Origin: a virus
Taxonomy: Duplodnaviria; Caudoviricetes
Length of the DNA stretch: 63,594 nt
IMG/VR virus record: IMGVR_UViG_3300020442_001396
Location: 1 to 63,594 of that record
Direction: 5' to 3' (one strand)
The notes below the pieces were generated by a model. The model was not told where the DNA came from. It did not search any database and saw only the letters and a list, made by a program, of their open reading frames with translations. Positions 29,801 to 36,989 of this stretch are shown here, one piece after another; position 1 is the first letter of the stretch, and every line of letters begins with the position of its first letter. Position numbers and translations under genes: made by a program.

Positions 29801-32800
29801 TTAGAAAACTTACTTTTACTGACAGAATCGGTTCTGGTTTCTTCCAAGCAGGACAAGTCATTAGATCTAGAGATACAAAGGCAGAAGTTGTTGGTGCAAA
29901 CTCTGCACGTTCCACTATCTTCCTTGGTAAGATTGCTAGATCACAACGTGGTGGTTTAGATTACAACATCTCTACTTTTGCAGGTAATGCACAGTTAGAT
30001 ACTGCACAGAAGAAATTTGGTACTTCATCACTACTGTTAGATGGTGCAGGTGATTACATCTCTACAGATTCATCCTCTGACTTTGCATGGGGTTCTGCAG
30101 GATTCACTATTGAATGTTATATCCGTCCTAGCGATATTACTGGTACAAGAACTATCTTTGACTTTAGAGCATCATCTGCATCTGAAGTTGCAGGTAGACT
30201 ATACCTTGAAGCAGGACAAGTAAGATACAATGTAAATGGTTCTGATCTAGTAACATCTGGAGCAACTGCTGTTACTGCTGATACTTGGACACATGTTGTT
30301 GTTCAAAGATCTAGCACTACAGTCAAGATTATTCTTGATGGCGTAGAAAGAGGAACAGGAACTGATAGCACTTCCTATGTTGCCAAACCATTTAGAGTTG
30401 GTATGGATTATGCAGATGCTAACGGTTTCATCGGTCATATAGATGAAATTAGATTATCATCTACAACTCGTTATTCTACTTTACCATTCACTCCTCAAAA
30501 TGGTATCTTCCAAGGTGATAGTAATGCTAAGTTGATCTATCACTTAGATGGTGCTGATGGACAAACTTATACTGATGACTGGTCTGGTACTCAAGACTTT
30601 ACTATTGACGAATACTTCAACAATGATGCTATTCGTGAAACACAACGTCAAACTGGTGCCACTGCAGGATTTAACCAGAAGACACACAGATATATCAATG
30701 CTGCTGATAACATTATTTTGAACAGAGACTTCATTGCTCAAGAAGCAGTGTATATCATGAAGGAACGTTATCCTTACTTCACTGTTGTTGGTGGAGAGGT
30801 TAACTGTGAAGATGATGTTAGAGACATCTTAGATGCAATGGTTGAAGATCTTAGAAATGGATCTAACAGTCATGTTTGGGATGCTGCTGCACTTTATGTT
30901 GACAGAACTACAAACCCAGTTACTCTGTTGCATGTTTCTGATGATCTTGTTGAATCTTTATTCACATATGAGATTGTCGGTAAACTAGTTAAGTATGTTG
31001 TTAACAATACTCCATGGTCTGTTCAAGGCGATCATGGATTCACTCAGAAGTTTGATACTACAATCACTGATTCTGATTACGTCTCAACATCTCTAACTCA
31101 ATTCACTGCTTCTGGAGCAACTTATAATCCTGCTACTGGTGACATGGTTGTTACTAGCAGTGGACATGGATTGGTAAGTGACTCTACTATCACTGCAACA
31201 AACGCGACATACGTTGCTACCACTGGTATTTTGACTATTACTTCTAATGGTCATAATTTACAAAATGGAGATAGGATTCAACTTGCAGACAACTCCATTA
31301 CATTTACATGTTCAATGGATGGCAATTCTACAAACCATACCTATCCAAGACCTAACGATCCTGCTGCTTTAGGTTGGTTAGAAGTTCAGAATAAGACTAC
31401 AAATACTTTTGAACTAAATGTAGGTAAGTCAACTGCAGTTAATTATCAACCAACAGGTGCAACTTACGATCCTTCAACTGGTATCGCTGTTCTAACACTT
31501 CCTAATAATAACTTGGAAGTTGGTCAGACAGTTAAGATTGCACAAGATTCATTGACCTTCTCTAGAGGAACTGGTGGAAATGGAACTCTTCCTGCTTCTG
31601 ATAAGATTGTTTCTATCACACAAAATGGTGTAACATCTACTGCTACTGGTGCAAACTACAACCCTGCAACTGGTGTTTTACAAATCACTCAGAATGCTCA
31701 TGGATTTGTTGTAGGAGATAAGATCAGAATTGCTGATAATTCACTCTCCTTCACCTGCACTAAAGATGGTAATCATGAGACTAAGACTTATCCTCGTTCC
31801 ACTGATCCTTTCTCTGGAAGATGGTTAAGAATCTCTGCTAAGACAGACAATACATTTACAGTTAATGTTGGTCCTTCTTCTGCTGCAGATCAATATGCTC
31901 ATACTTTCGTATCTGCATCTGCAAATGGAATTATTAAGAAGAACAATACTATTACAGTTGACATTGGAACTGATTCCAACACAAGCACACATACATTTGC
32001 AAGTGCAACCTCCAGTGCAGTCGTTTCTGGCGGTAACTACACTCACACCTTCGTATCTGCTACTACTAATGGTATTACAGTTGCAGGTGACTCTGTATAC
32101 CTTGCTGATGGTGCAATATCATTCACTTGTTCTAAAGATGGAAACCAAAAGATTACCGCATACCCAAGATCTACTGATCCTGCTTCTAAGCAAGTCCTCA
32201 AGATCTCTGCCCACACCACGGATACGTTTACTATCAACGTTGGCGCATCAAGTGCTGATGATCAATACACTCACACCTTCTCAAGTGCAGTAAGTAATGC
32301 TATTACTAAATCTGAATATGATCTCACTGATTGTGTAGACGTTCAATCTACTGTTGCTAACTTACTTGATATCATCACTGACACCTTAGAAAACGCTGCT
32401 GCTGCATCACCTGTTGATCACTTAGCAACTGTTACTAAAGTGCTACCTGCCTATGAGTTTGTTGGTGGTACAGTCAATGCATACACAGAGGTTCCATTCA
32501 TTGTTGATTATCATGATGCTGGCACTGATCAAATCTATACTAATCAAATTGATGTAGATGCTCGTGGCAGATTCCGTGATGCTGCTAACTTGATTCGTGC
32601 AAACAGAAAGGTTATCGTTGATAAAGCAGCATATGACATGCTTCAGCGTTATCCTGATCTTGCACTTTCTATGCCTAGAAATGCTAACGGTACATCTACT
32701 GATGGTACGTTACGTTGTAAGACTGACCTTGGATTAATCTTAGATGGATTAGCAGATGATCTTTACGATGGTGGTAACCTAGAAACTATTACTGCTGCTA

Positions 32801-35800
32801 AATTCTACATCGGTGCAAGCGGTGAACTACAACATATCAGATTACAAGTTTGGCAATCTGTTTATGCACACGAAAGACTTGGATTCTATGCCAAGCAAGC
32901 AGTTACTGGTGATTTAACTTACGATAACACTGACGGTATTATCGTTGGTGACTGGGGTATTACTAATGATGCAGGTGGATGTGCAAACGTCAAGACTGCG
33001 ATTGATAACCTCGTAACTACAATTAATGATATCATCGCTCCGACTGGTTCTGATTTTGAGATTGCTGCTGATAGACTTTACTTCAATAGAAACTTTATCG
33101 CAGAAGAAATTACTGGACTCATCACTACTGAGTTTACATATCTGCTAAACAGTATTCAATATCAAGCATTCCAGTATCCTAACGGTGCCCTTGGTGAAGC
33201 AAAATGTCAGAGAGACTTGAAACTCATTATTGAGAGTGCAATCTCCGACTTACAGACTGGTGGAAACAATTCTACTATCGATGCTATCGCTAAGTATCTA
33301 ACTGCTGCTCTAACTCTTAACATCACTGATGGTGTTGAGCAACAGTTACTTGCCACTGTATATGGTATTGAACAACTTGAAGCACTTGGTAAGAAAGCAA
33401 TCGATAACTTACTCTATGCAAATGGTGAGGACACAGGTGGTACAGCAGGTGCATACTCAGCATTACATACCGATGATGCTGCAGTTCGCGATGCCTTAAG
33501 TATTTCTGACGCAGCAAGTGTCAAGAACAGATGGTCTGAACTTATTGAGATTGCTGTTAATATTCTTGCTCCTTCTAAGAAAATCGGTAGAAGTGCTGCC
33601 AAGCATATTCTTTACAACCGTAATTACTTCTTACAAGAAATTGAAACTCAAACTGTTGCTCAGTTTGGTGCAGGATCTTGGGTCTATACTGATTTTGTTA
33701 ACACTACTGTTGATGATCTCATTCACGATCTTATTACAACTGATACTAAGAAGAAAACTTCTGCATACAATATCACTTTCACTGGTCTAACTGGTGTATT
33801 CCAAGTTGGTGAAGTTATTAGATCTAATGTTGGCGGTTATGCAACTGTCTTAGAATTTGATGCTGAGACTAACTTCTTAGTTGTTGGTCCTTTCACAGGC
33901 ACTGCATGGGTTGCTACTAACACCTTAACAGGTAAGACATCTGGTGCAACTGCTACTGTTGGTGCTGTTGGTAGTCCTTATGACTGGTACACTGAAGTTG
34001 GTAATGTTAGAACTCTTGCTAGTGCAAGACTTATTACTTCTAATATCTCTGGTCAGATTGCAGGTACAAACCTCTGGACTAATCCAGAAGCATATGGAAT
34101 CAACTGGACACCTACAACTGGTGTAACTATCACCGATGATCAAGGTGTTGCTCCAGATGATACTCAAACTGCAGAAGATGTTACTCCTAATAATGGTCAA
34201 AACGGACAGCATGAAATCAATAGAGATTACAACCTAACTGCTTTTGAAACCTTTGACTCTGGCACAGTTACTTTCGATACTTCTAACGAAACGTTTGACA
34301 CTGGTTCTCCTGGAACTTCTGCATCTCAGCAGTTTACTTTCTCTGCATTTGTTAAGGCATCTGGTTCACAAGCAATCAGATTCCAATTACAACTTGATCC
34401 AGGTGGTGCAGGTGAACAGAATGCATTCTTTGATCTCAACCTCACTAACGGTACTACTGGTACAGTCTTTACTCCTCAAGGTGGTATTACTGCAGATGCA
34501 TTTGGTGCCATTCCTCTCGGAGATGGTTGGTACAGATGTTACATCACTGCTACATTCTCCTTCGGTTTCAATACTCTAAGAAGTAAGTTTATTATTAAGA
34601 GTGGTAGTGGTGCTACTGTTTGGACTGGTGATGGTTCTACTGGTATTCTTGTTTGGGGTGCAAAACTTACTAAAGCTGGACTTGATCCTTATCAAGCACA
34701 AAGCGGTAAGACATTCTTCTCTGATACCGAGTTCAATACTAAGAACTATATTCTTGATCTGTTACAAACTTATACTGTTGCATCTCTTGACAATAGTTTG
34801 ACATCTCCTTCTCCTGCTGCAGGATTCTATTCCTTCTACAGTTCTACTGATGCTGCAAACTATACTAAGGCATCTGTATCTGCAATGCTCAGATCAAACC
34901 TCGGAATTATCAGAAATCAACTTTCTAATGATACTTCCTATATTGGACTTACAACTTACAATGGAATCAGTCTTCCCACTAAGAAGTTTGGAACTAGAAA
35001 CATTCCTGTTGGTTTCAACGGTGGACTCAATCCTGCTGATTTCGCATATGGTTTACTCAGTAGTGCATATGCTGAAGTCGAATCTGTAACTCTCAACGAA
35101 GGTTTAGTTGTACAGGTTTACTCCAGATTTAGAATCGACGGTGATATCACTGACGGTCCTTACACAATGAATGAAGTTGTTGCCAAACAGGGTGCTCCTT
35201 CTATTACTGGTGTTGTTTACGGATTCCATGAGGATGCTAACTTCAAGTATCTTGACGTCAGGATTACTGCAGGTCCTTGGGCAATCACAGATAACATTGT
35301 TGGTGCAACTAACTCTACTACTGCTCAGATTAGTGCTATTGAAACTCGTGTTCATATCATTAATCTCAAGGGTGACTTTGTTGCTGACATCCCATTCAAG
35401 GGTTACACCTCTGGTGCAACTGCACAACCTACTTCCTTCTTGAAGGCAGAGGCAGCAGTTACTGATAACACTGGTGGTAAGTTGACTGTTGACACTGAAT
35501 CTCTACTCGGAACATTTGAAAAAACTGCAGTTGTTTATCCTTCTGCTTCTAGACAGTTCATCACAGTTTCCAAGTATGCAGGACTCGATATTGGTGTTGG
35601 TGACAGAATCGCATCTGTCGGATACAAGAGATTTGGTATTAATATTATTAGTGGACTTAATAACTTCACTGTTGGTAACAGACTTTATAAGGTTGTATCT
35701 GGTGTTCAAGATTCTGCCACATACGGTATCATTACTGATGTAGACATTGCAAATAACTACGTCTACATGGTTGAGTTCCAAGGAACATTTACTCAGGGTG

Positions 35801-36966
35801 ATCAGATTGGTGATTACGGGTTAGCAGCAACATTCCCCGTGGGATATGCTTCTATCTCAACGATCGTGACTACTGCAGGTGCAGGTGCTGCTCTCGTGCA
35901 GGATGTTCGCCCAGATGGTATCAACAAGCGTCTGTATCTCAGTGATGTTACTGGAACATTTGGAACTAGAGATGCTATCAAGGGACCTGATCAGTATGGT
36001 GCTGTTATCCTTACTCAGGTTGATCTTAAGGCAAGAGTCAAGAGATCCTTCAAGGGATTCGATGGCACTCAAACTACCTTCGATCTCTCACAGAACAATG
36101 GTACTAGTTACCTCCCAGATCCCGCAGGACACCTCTTAATCTTCATTAATGGTATCTTACAACCTCCAGGTGCTACAAACGCATACACAGCGTTCTCTAA
36201 CCAGATTCAGTTCACTGAAGCACCTGACCTTGGAGCATCCTTCACTGGATTCTACATTGGTAAACTTAGACAGTTGGATGATATCTCATTCGAGTTTGAC
36301 TCCTTGAGACAGTCCTTCAACCTCAAGCGTAACGATGTGTTCTACTCCTTGACACTGACTGATGGTGTTCAGTCTAGTGTGATTAGACCTGAGAACAACA
36401 TCATCTGTTCGCTCAACGGTGTGATTCAAGAACCTGGAGTTGGTTTTGAGATTGTTGGTTCTAGAATCATCTTCTCTGAGATTCCTAGATTCGGATCTAC
36501 TTTCGTCGCATTCTCTTATGTTGGTTCTGAAGCAGACGTTGACGCTGCTGAGGTTGTACCTCCAATCGAACCTGGTGACTTTATTGACATTCAAGGTGAG
36601 ACTTCAGACAGAGAAGTCGCTGTTATTGAATCTTCTAACTCTCTGATCACATTTGATTATCTTGGATCTGTCTTCGGTCAGAATGCATCTGCAACTGCAG
36701 TTCTGACATCTGGATTCATTGATCAGGTTCAAGTCACTGGTGGAGGTTCTGGATATACTTCTAGACCTACTGTAAGAATCGACTCCATCTCTGGTTTCGA
36801 TGGAAACATCCGTGCCTTGGTTGGTGTTGCAGGTGTTGAACTTAGTGCAACTGGTTCTGGATATCAAAATCCAGGCATCAGCGTTGACACTGTTGTTCCT
36901 GATGATTATGTTGCTCCTGACCTTTCACTATACGGTGAAGAGTTAGTAGACCCAGAAACCCCATAA
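17809..36966 (+). CDS. giant baseplate protein at the gp7 position, 6385 aa, multidomain
   Basis: gp7-like IKDFYSSKGT..LFKLLYGE and QDSYYYQDFSYAVKS..VHPA; GxGY repeats, split YHYH domain, propeller-like region, two LamG-like domains (~24630-25085, ~30000-30545), phycobiliprotein-like helical repeats. Confidence 0.85.
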   Translation: MNNINKVSQSIESQSPDFIGQEYPLFNKFLEYYYKSQEKTGLGQNILNNFLGYLDIDKLDIGILDGSTTLVEPITNSSDKIVVESINPFLESNGSILIGDEVIYYEGVDKSPEIALSPGISYEQVKLKWTTLASLINTFDGTTTLFPLKSQDSPIAPPSAQHLIVSLYGKILIPNIDYTISGSNINFTTAPRTKIPADDAGSTYIYYLSGFIENTIYGLDNLSGAFGDGKKQFSLTRNGARYEPEVEEYLNVIYDNRLLVPKVDYFLDKDQFIFKEAPLNGRFLSVHSIEAPIPSFGAGAVGFARISDTGLLTSVSSSAIGTGYRFEYPPQVRINSDEGSGGAATALVNGLKTITLLEGGRGYSTTNPPVVQVQSPTKTGSSQATITATVTGGAVTELNITNSGSGYTFTPRITFVQPGGAKLGAPVITNGQVTSIPVTDGGFGYTTAPTVYIDEPTGDNAIKAALRANITDGKVISITVLNAGQGYHDGAHQGHGGGAAPRVAIIDPVGAQVLETVVDGDGRVIRIDLLNGGSGFDDVPSVYIVDNRTNGGTGATAVASIFNGQITDINITNFGSGYSAANPPEIVIQAPPQAKASAEIGLNEVTGFVVTESGKGYSKAAFTGCARAASGIVKYTETGNAVFSNNTTAAAAPIGSSVKCLDALFVKRLLDKYTEQFLPDVPELDYSKIDVRTAIKTIKDFYSSKGTSFSIAYLFKLLYGETVTVTYPKDQIIKPSAATWSIDTILRATLVSGNPENIRDGLLTQEASIADPNVTNASALVENYISIKTSDVEIFELVLSEETIVGTFTVPYKTKLAEPLNTTDSIITVDSTIGWPERNGEFVIGAGATTEVVQYKEKSLNQFIECTRSVNGIVEDWDSATQVASNFTVFVNKGTPQEVVLNVVGIVDAQQTVLTDTGSYYLPGDKLTVSKLGGTSTDPHLTTWLYNVKKLINVSSVTFGGVNNRFATITCSNNHGLLVGDQVTVYGANPIIYNGTFLVTSRDSATVFQYQLPQPATVTPQGNILVSVDLNKGKSDSTAVLNAIGPYTTNVQNSFFNTQYAYLASTGIPNYKIGPFPGSALLPGNQRKLNRFPIVSQTISTKNEVSPGPIGTWVNGVSIWSYKSTRKKTFGAVTSVGITNAGKDYDAASPPVLTISGGGGTGATASVTVNGSVSEITVTAGGSGFTSSPLVSIVGGGGSGASATAIITKGVVSRILINSGGTGYTSQPSITIVGGGGTGAQATASVRGPIQAVTVGSGGQSYTSTPSVTLSSGSGAVAQAIVQNGRIISIAIISAGSGYTTAPEITIQGQGFGAVARASIDTDGENAGRVTSISIINRGIGYSQGTTIINLNSVGSEATFSANVFEWTYNLQATTTFDDAKGSVFEGYNNQYGGEYAHLSNPQTLRYILGDNLFENTAFQIKEREEGLLHSPIIGWAFDGNPIYGPYGYSDPTDQSSAIQKLNTSYRLKTNLVYNIDSNPNPVRVAGPLLSAEAAGNFIEDYEYVFGLGALDQYNGRFCKTPEYPEGRYCYFVTIDATEDGNPLFPYVMGPSFNSVVDSWNLNANAVQQNIPEGVVRYRDPYENVDIDVERAPNASTNALTLENGDVLLFDVEDEDRSGVIEQDELDDPDQVFEESPLQLFDYFPKVKFDSKVDIEVETTTKFEDASVTGFTVENPGISYQVNDRLIFDNTDTDGSGVSARVSRIAGESVEAYTFENISGNNFGVLTTVNPHNLQPGDSVFIDYTPVMDSTNKTFVVRQFKGIEQIVVNQTGSGYNTDIPPTIIIDGDGVGGSLEAVVSPVGSIDTVNIINSGFGYTSNPRVILSHPQVFKKADYYVSKFSNRNYVRVSDVYINDAKEVYICGKTYDAASNDVAFIAKLSATGVKEWEASLELAGGQQDSEFLKLYVDGKSIWVVGQNSPNSSILAAYNPDIILCKYTEAANGLSAVLTFQRGYAGISGSTRGDFITSIKKYSDTRFIIGGYTNTNSGAPYDAFIASIDTSGNFAIKRKIASSNKSEKITDIVIDGTDVYASLELASTQSEADIDTGVAKIAFGTNTIVVTWIKQFANSLYSIMDTSLAIDEFKELYVTGGLRLKSDDTTRDSFWVGKINTDGAFIWNYRYLAPSGGSISVTPSSAIDIFGDLNIAFTSTNNTNSLTTVDTVKIGYDGKIKNHTTNQFTQNNIEGITAYSIDVDNSGDAHVVGQTQWNRNEFIFPFTGGSQVDTTSHYTLTSTSTNNSITYADDVAKINGYATGQSTWTQSNLQITSAQLGARLNSDFTVEMMVFKNSATTAVSGITQHTLIAIGDAEEATGGLWLYYDVSSGYLELVITNGSTKINQAGGAGQSSLNNMFADNTWQFIGLKREGNIFTVYVNGIQAIQSTVPSTALGSKHLYVGQIPGRSGTAGNFRVNEQGQFHVDNFRLRNRAVTPTVPSDVTVFPTTGAFGLSYTWTDTAWFTTNLNRYDFIDYDGFALKADKNADSVRLGTISTQTNTQLGFTRTAVSPVVGSTLTMSNTGYGLSEAGFQSLDFDDASLSMTQGTENLTYTQDVWSSRTATVPSPGSQKLNVSAVVKDRYFFKVTPTVKIDNIQELTINQSFRFTVGSKLRLNNDSGQFVNSGYIVKVDEATNKVYLAVNINTWTDDTNTGNLVTEQFNEQSTFGIVGPIPNDINVIEGFSFPLVDNTTPGTFDIDLDKYNLDGTYNAAGGQNLDSFAKFKPFATLDYSVRIDEVAGGSPFIVGSVVQLSSSDVSFNAAYSTVQITNLTAVTKITLVANLDKILQVSSVANSDEVYVITDTSHYLSKGDVIYVDGNPSQEVGGVTYDEYDGAFPVDRVISPLEFTYKLNQAAVSSPATSAGNVNIFMKSPTLKMYYGHQYIFDLSHSSLVGGNLSFAKDSLYKLEYSFNSIERVGTPGVTGAGAPNPSVKLKVDGDIVTNISYYFDPSRTGADSPVVPGSYLDVVDSPYKGNFEISSIAGATITRGADIIKFPLLNEPEGAADINQASYATSSLRAVGSINAVRIVNPGGFYTRLPIVSSIQSTRQIERVQINDPGTEYAVGTYTGVPIAGDGEGGFVTINVADGTDSEGVTIPGQIQSIIVTSPGKGYTTASIDIESVSGILGSGLTGSGAEVVVVIPPFGSGASIFTQGSSVGKIKKLKNNNFGYDYPHDYTLRPEITFPINAQLTSTSILDSITVTDPGTGYSQAPAVVITGGGGSGAIAEATIKNGRLDTIIVKDPGAGYSSTPTVSLRSSFNYVINLDLGLLQFAFPHGITNGAPVTLNVVDTGEGADYPLSAGAVGRLNGTTTYYAIAGAANSLEPDQLKLAITSANAALGDALSFVNAGNGRQQVLTESFGGSATANVITSTFLEGELVYQGESLAAATATGYVSTNAGWQIGPRVLKIVDYSGEFSTGQRITGVISKSSGIMSDIKVAKGVLEIGSVTKTTGQFIDDVGKPSEIIQKIQDSYYYQDFSYAVKSAVSIGEWKEILIKNVHPASFKVFGELDLNDYGFIPNKETSFQLTKSVELARDAIVPNIQNFALVEPVYSEFNNTEVLFRQKRLTSSENILTSVVQRLDDISNQFDGQKIAFPLTVDGNNVVANANQLMIVLNGVVQTPESAFEIQGDSIVFAEPPQPPASVKYVNVQISPISTVAVTFNNISGIFPTAGMTLVGTSSAARLTVTTVVGDTINGFITQGTYTTGELATVGATGFAANVAAVTPISNIGLFIFGESVTNLTGDTAKVEQINLASGAETPLAQLRYTIGAATTSIEMVAFKTDNTAADYAVTAGVFVAGTNYQLGSEIFRVDTVTTGSESTTLTVTRGQNGTQAVSHQEDAPVYGTDISITNDLTLSKIAGTYQSTPGLFDIQLNDVIIGAQSGVVASITQTSTYQDPTTQEFIGQVNISEGSSFFGLLFNRITSQTYPNVVLDDISKSQIGVVDFTDNSTAFDSSFPANEQINNYVIPYDNAVGTLQQDEYIRNYKVEYGNNSGDFQAGEDARVRKLTFTDRIGSGFFQAGQVIRSRDTKAEVVGANSARSTIFLGKIARSQRGGLDYNISTFAGNAQLDTAQKKFGTSSLLLDGAGDYISTDSSSDFAWGSAGFTIECYIRPSDITGTRTIFDFRASSASEVAGRLYLEAGQVRYNVNGSDLVTSGATAVTADTWTHVVVQRSSTTVKIILDGVERGTGTDSTSYVAKPFRVGMDYADANGFIGHIDEIRLSSTTRYSTLPFTPQNGIFQGDSNAKLIYHLDGADGQTYTDDWSGTQDFTIDEYFNNDAIRETQRQTGATAGFNQKTHRYINAADNIILNRDFIAQEAVYIMKERYPYFTVVGGEVNCEDDVRDILDAMVEDLRNGSNSHVWDAAALYVDRTTNPVTLLHVSDDLVESLFTYEIVGKLVKYVVNNTPWSVQGDHGFTQKFDTTITDSDYVSTSLTQFTASGATYNPATGDMVVTSSGHGLVSDSTITATNATYVATTGILTITSNGHNLQNGDRIQLADNSITFTCSMDGNSTNHTYPRPNDPAALGWLEVQNKTTNTFELNVGKSTAVNYQPTGATYDPSTGIAVLTLPNNNLEVGQTVKIAQDSLTFSRGTGGNGTLPASDKIVSITQNGVTSTATGANYNPATGVLQITQNAHGFVVGDKIRIADNSLSFTCTKDGNHETKTYPRSTDPFSGRWLRISAKTDNTFTVNVGPSSAADQYAHTFVSASANGIIKKNNTITVDIGTDSNTSTHTFASATSSAVVSGGNYTHTFVSATTNGITVAGDSVYLADGAISFTCSKDGNQKITAYPRSTDPASKQVLKISAHTTDTFTINVGASSADDQYTHTFSSAVSNAITKSEYDLTDCVDVQSTVANLLDIITDTLENAAAASPVDHLATVTKVLPAYEFVGGTVNAYTEVPFIVDYHDAGTDQIYTNQIDVDARGRFRDAANLIRANRKVIVDKAAYDMLQRYPDLALSMPRNANGTSTDGTLRCKTDLGLILDGLADDLYDGGNLETITAAKFYIGASGELQHIRLQVWQSVYAHERLGFYAKQAVTGDLTYDNTDGIIVGDWGITNDAGGCANVKTAIDNLVTTINDIIAPTGSDFEIAADRLYFNRNFIAEEITGLITTEFTYLLNSIQYQAFQYPNGALGEAKCQRDLKLIIESAISDLQTGGNNSTIDAIAKYLTAALTLNITDGVEQQLLATVYGIEQLEALGKKAIDNLLYANGEDTGGTAGAYSALHTDDAAVRDALSISDAASVKNRWSELIEIAVNILAPSKKIGRSAAKHILYNRNYFLQEIETQTVAQFGAGSWVYTDFVNTTVDDLIHDLITTDTKKKTSAYNITFTGLTGVFQVGEVIRSNVGGYATVLEFDAETNFLVVGPFTGTAWVATNTLTGKTSGATATVGAVGSPYDWYTEVGNVRTLASARLITSNISGQIAGTNLWTNPEAYGINWTPTTGVTITDDQGVAPDDTQTAEDVTPNNGQNGQHEINRDYNLTAFETFDSGTVTFDTSNETFDTGSPGTSASQQFTFSAFVKASGSQAIRFQLQLDPGGAGEQNAFFDLNLTNGTTGTVFTPQGGITADAFGAIPLGDGWYRCYITATFSFGFNTLRSKFIIKSGSGATVWTGDGSTGILVWGAKLTKAGLDPYQAQSGKTFFSDTEFNTKNYILDLLQTYTVASLDNSLTSPSPAAGFYSFYSSTDAANYTKASVSAMLRSNLGIIRNQLSNDTSYIGLTTYNGISLPTKKFGTRNIPVGFNGGLNPADFAYGLLSSAYAEVESVTLNEGLVVQVYSRFRIDGDITDGPYTMNEVVAKQGAPSITGVVYGFHEDANFKYLDVRITAGPWAITDNIVGATNSTTAQISAIETRVHIINLKGDFVADIPFKGYTSGATAQPTSFLKAEAAVTDNTGGKLTVDTESLLGTFEKTAVVYPSASRQFITVSKYAGLDIGVGDRIASVGYKRFGINIISGLNNFTVGNRLYKVVSGVQDSATYGIITDVDIANNYVYMVEFQGTFTQGDQIGDYGLAATFPVGYASISTIVTTAGAGAALVQDVRPDGINKRLYLSDVTGTFGTRDAIKGPDQYGAVILTQVDLKARVKRSFKGFDGTQTTFDLSQNNGTSYLPDPAGHLLIFINGILQPPGATNAYTAFSNQIQFTEAPDLGASFTGFYIGKLRQLDDISFEFDSLRQSFNLKRNDVFYSLTLTDGVQSSVIRPENNIICSLNGVIQEPGVGFEIVGSRIIFSEIPRFGSTFVAFSYVGSEADVDAAEVVPPIEPGDFIDIQGETSDREVAVIESSNSLITFDYLGSVFGQNASATAVLTSGFIDQVQVTGGGSGYTSRPTVRIDSISGFDGNIRALVGVAGVELSATGSGYQNPGISVDTVVPDDYVAPDLSLYGEELVDPETP
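31096..32310 (+). repeat. four nested copies of a ~100-aa beta domain (ATYxxxTG...SFTCxxDG...YPR...HTFxSA)
   Basis: protein-level repeat visible in the translation. Confidence 0.75.
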
Positions 36967-36969
36967 ATA
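36963..36969 (+). promoter_or_regulatory. T4-type late promoter
   Basis: ATAAATA overlapping the stop codon. Confidence 0.7.
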
Positions 36970-36989
36970 ACTAAAAATCGTAGCGAGTA

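Noticed and set aside
17809-36966. Intein, intron or assembly artefact explaining the 19-kb ORF
   Set aside because: No Hint or homing-endonuclease motifs noticed, repeats are diverged at DNA level, and very large proteins at this position are typical of cyanomyoviruses.
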